Source of the DNA: Eledone cirrhosa
Taxonomy: Eukaryota
Direction: 5' to 3'
NCBI GenBank assembly: GCA_964016885.1
Contig: OZ024745.1
Span: 131,936,001 to 132,000,000 of the forward strand
DNA length: 64,000 nt
In this document: positions 61,947 through 64,000 of the stretch, piece after piece
Position numbering within the stretch: the first letter of the stretch is position 1
Layout of the letters: each line of letters opens with the position of its first letter
Program-made: the position numbers and the translations under genes
Notes under the pieces: model-generated
Database searches by the model: none
The model's input: the letters and a program-made list of their open reading frames with translations, nothing else
Told to the model about the DNA's origin: nothing

Positions 61947-63329
61947 CTCTTGGAAAGAGGTAAAATCTTGACAATGAGTCCTGCAGTTTCAGCTTGTTTT
62001 CTCAATCTTCCCCCAAAATACAACTGGTACATAGTGAGATATCACATTAGTTTGGTCAATTAATACGTTGATGAGGTGTCATGTTCTTGAGGTTCTACCA
62101 CTTCCATATACTTACCCTGTATTTCTTGAGGCATTCAGTATTATCCTGATGTGTGATTTTCCCAGTCTTTGCATTGAAGACATTCCATATATATGTATTT
62201 ATATATATATATTATATGTATGTATGTATATATATATGTATGTATGTATGTATTATGTATGTATCTATATGTGTGTATGTGTATATGTGTGTGTGTATGT
62301 GTGTGTGTGGTGAATACACAATTCATCCAAATCATACATTCAATGATTATCTTTTGTCATTGGTTATATGATATGATTAACCCAAATCAGCATTCCTCTT
62401 GTCTTCATTATTCTTAGTTTACACAAAAAATCAGAATACACAGTCACAAGGATAGTAAAAAGCAACAACATATAAATACACAACAAAGATGACGTTTTGA
62501 AGGAAAAGAATTAGAAGACAAAGTTGTTATTGTTGTTGTTGGTGTCTAGTGCCAGTTCCTCCTTGATTGAGCAGACCTAAGATCAAAGATGTTTCAGGCA
62601 TGACCAGCTGGTCTCTTTGTTTACCTGTAACTAAATTTTTCAAACAAGTTCTAGACAGTAAAGTGTGAGTTGAGGGAGAATTATTCGGCTACTATTTCTA
62701 GCAGGTCACACAACATGAAAATTGCCCCCTTTTGTAAAAGAAGACAAAATGAGAAGAGAAAGTTGAAGATGATGATAACAATGATGATAATGATGATGAT
62801 GATGATGGTGATGGTGATGGTGATGGTGATGATGATGATGATGATGATATCGATGATGGTGATGATGATTACATAGATGTTATAAGTCAAACTGTCTTAC
62901 TTTTTTAGTTGCATCAGAATTATTGATTTTCCTTTTCTATTTACTGTTGATACACCATTGTCTTTATCAGATACTCTGCCCAGTTGTCACTGTATTGTTT
63001 CAAAGAGAAGAAAACCAAACAACAATACCCACCACAACTTTCACTACCAAAACCCACAAACACCCACAAAATACATTTACAACAACAACAACAATAACAA
63101 TAATAATATTCTAGTTCTCCAAAATTACCATCGTAAATATATAATAACTATCATTGTTGTCTTTAAAAAAAAATTCTTTTACCTTTTAGATAAGATAATT
63201 AGTTTTATTACTTTAAGATGCTGTTGGGATTTAATTTAGGATGAAATAACTTAGTTGGAAACTTAGCTGAAGGATAATGATCAGTTAATGACAACCTCCC
63301 AGATATAATAATAATAAATAAAATCTAGC

Positions 63330-63407
<78 letters not shown>

Positions 63408-64000
63408 CACGCACACACAAGTAAATAAACACACACGCACACACACATATATATATGTACATGTATATATGTATATATATACACATTAGGTATATATAGG
63501 TTCAGGTCAAACAGCAGTTAAAAACAAACTATGGTAAACACAATAGAGAGTTTGTTAAGTAATGAAATAATATTACAAATCACAGATAAAAAGATATTCA
63601 GTCAATGTGGTAAATAACTATATACACCAGGTCTGAACACACCCTACCCCAGCCCACACTGTAAAGTGGACATGTAAAAGACATGCCAAAAAGCACCCAG
63701 CCCACACTGTAGATGTGGTTGGCATTAGGAAGGGCATCCAGTCATAGAAAACCAGCCACGGTCACCTGACACAACTTGCCTCTAAATGTGACCCGTCTAA
63801 CCCATGCTAGCGTGGAAGATGGACGTTAATCGATGATGATGATATATATATATATATATAACCTGAGGTATGGTTTACATCAATCCCAATTCTTCCCCTA
63901 TTTTGCTTTATTTGTCTCTCAGCACTGTTTTCCATCTGTTTCTATACCATCTACCTCCCAGCTCACATACTTATCAACTATTTGTTGTAATGGATAATTT

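Noticed and set aside
62110-62186. Possible minus-strand exon ending G|GTAAGT
   Set aside because: No acceptor (it runs into a TA repeat) and no recognisable protein similarity.

Overview
AT-rich, repeat-dense eukaryotic DNA, most consistent with an octopus or other cephalopod genome (inferred from the very long (TA)n/(TACA)n tracts and the SINE/RTE content). The only host coding sequence I recognise is the first coding exon of MOGS (ER glucosidase I, minus strand, 42718-42279). No downstream exon was found, so 1-42278 is probably one very large intron. The rest is mobile DNA and tandem repeats: an R4/Dong-like RLE retrotransposon (two copies, both embedded in (CATA)n); decayed CRE-like, Gypsy, RTE, Ingi/Vingi-like, Tx1 and CR1 fragments; tRNA-derived SINEs; mariner and hAT non-autonomous elements; 19-, 40- and ~116-bp tandem arrays; and an ~8.5 kb TA tract. 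Nearly all ORFs in the supplied track are microsatellite artefacts. The most notable hidden signal is a set of about 6-7 type I hammerhead-ribozyme folds from several sequence families, in short non-coding elements usually next to TA repeats (Penelope pLTR/retrozyme-like). Other notable items are a 52-bp-arm foldback element, ~50-60-nt RTE-tail mini-insertions with a covarying stem-loop, and a SINE insertion that captured 54 bp of nearby sequence inside its target-site duplication. All folds were paired by eye and are not computationally verified.
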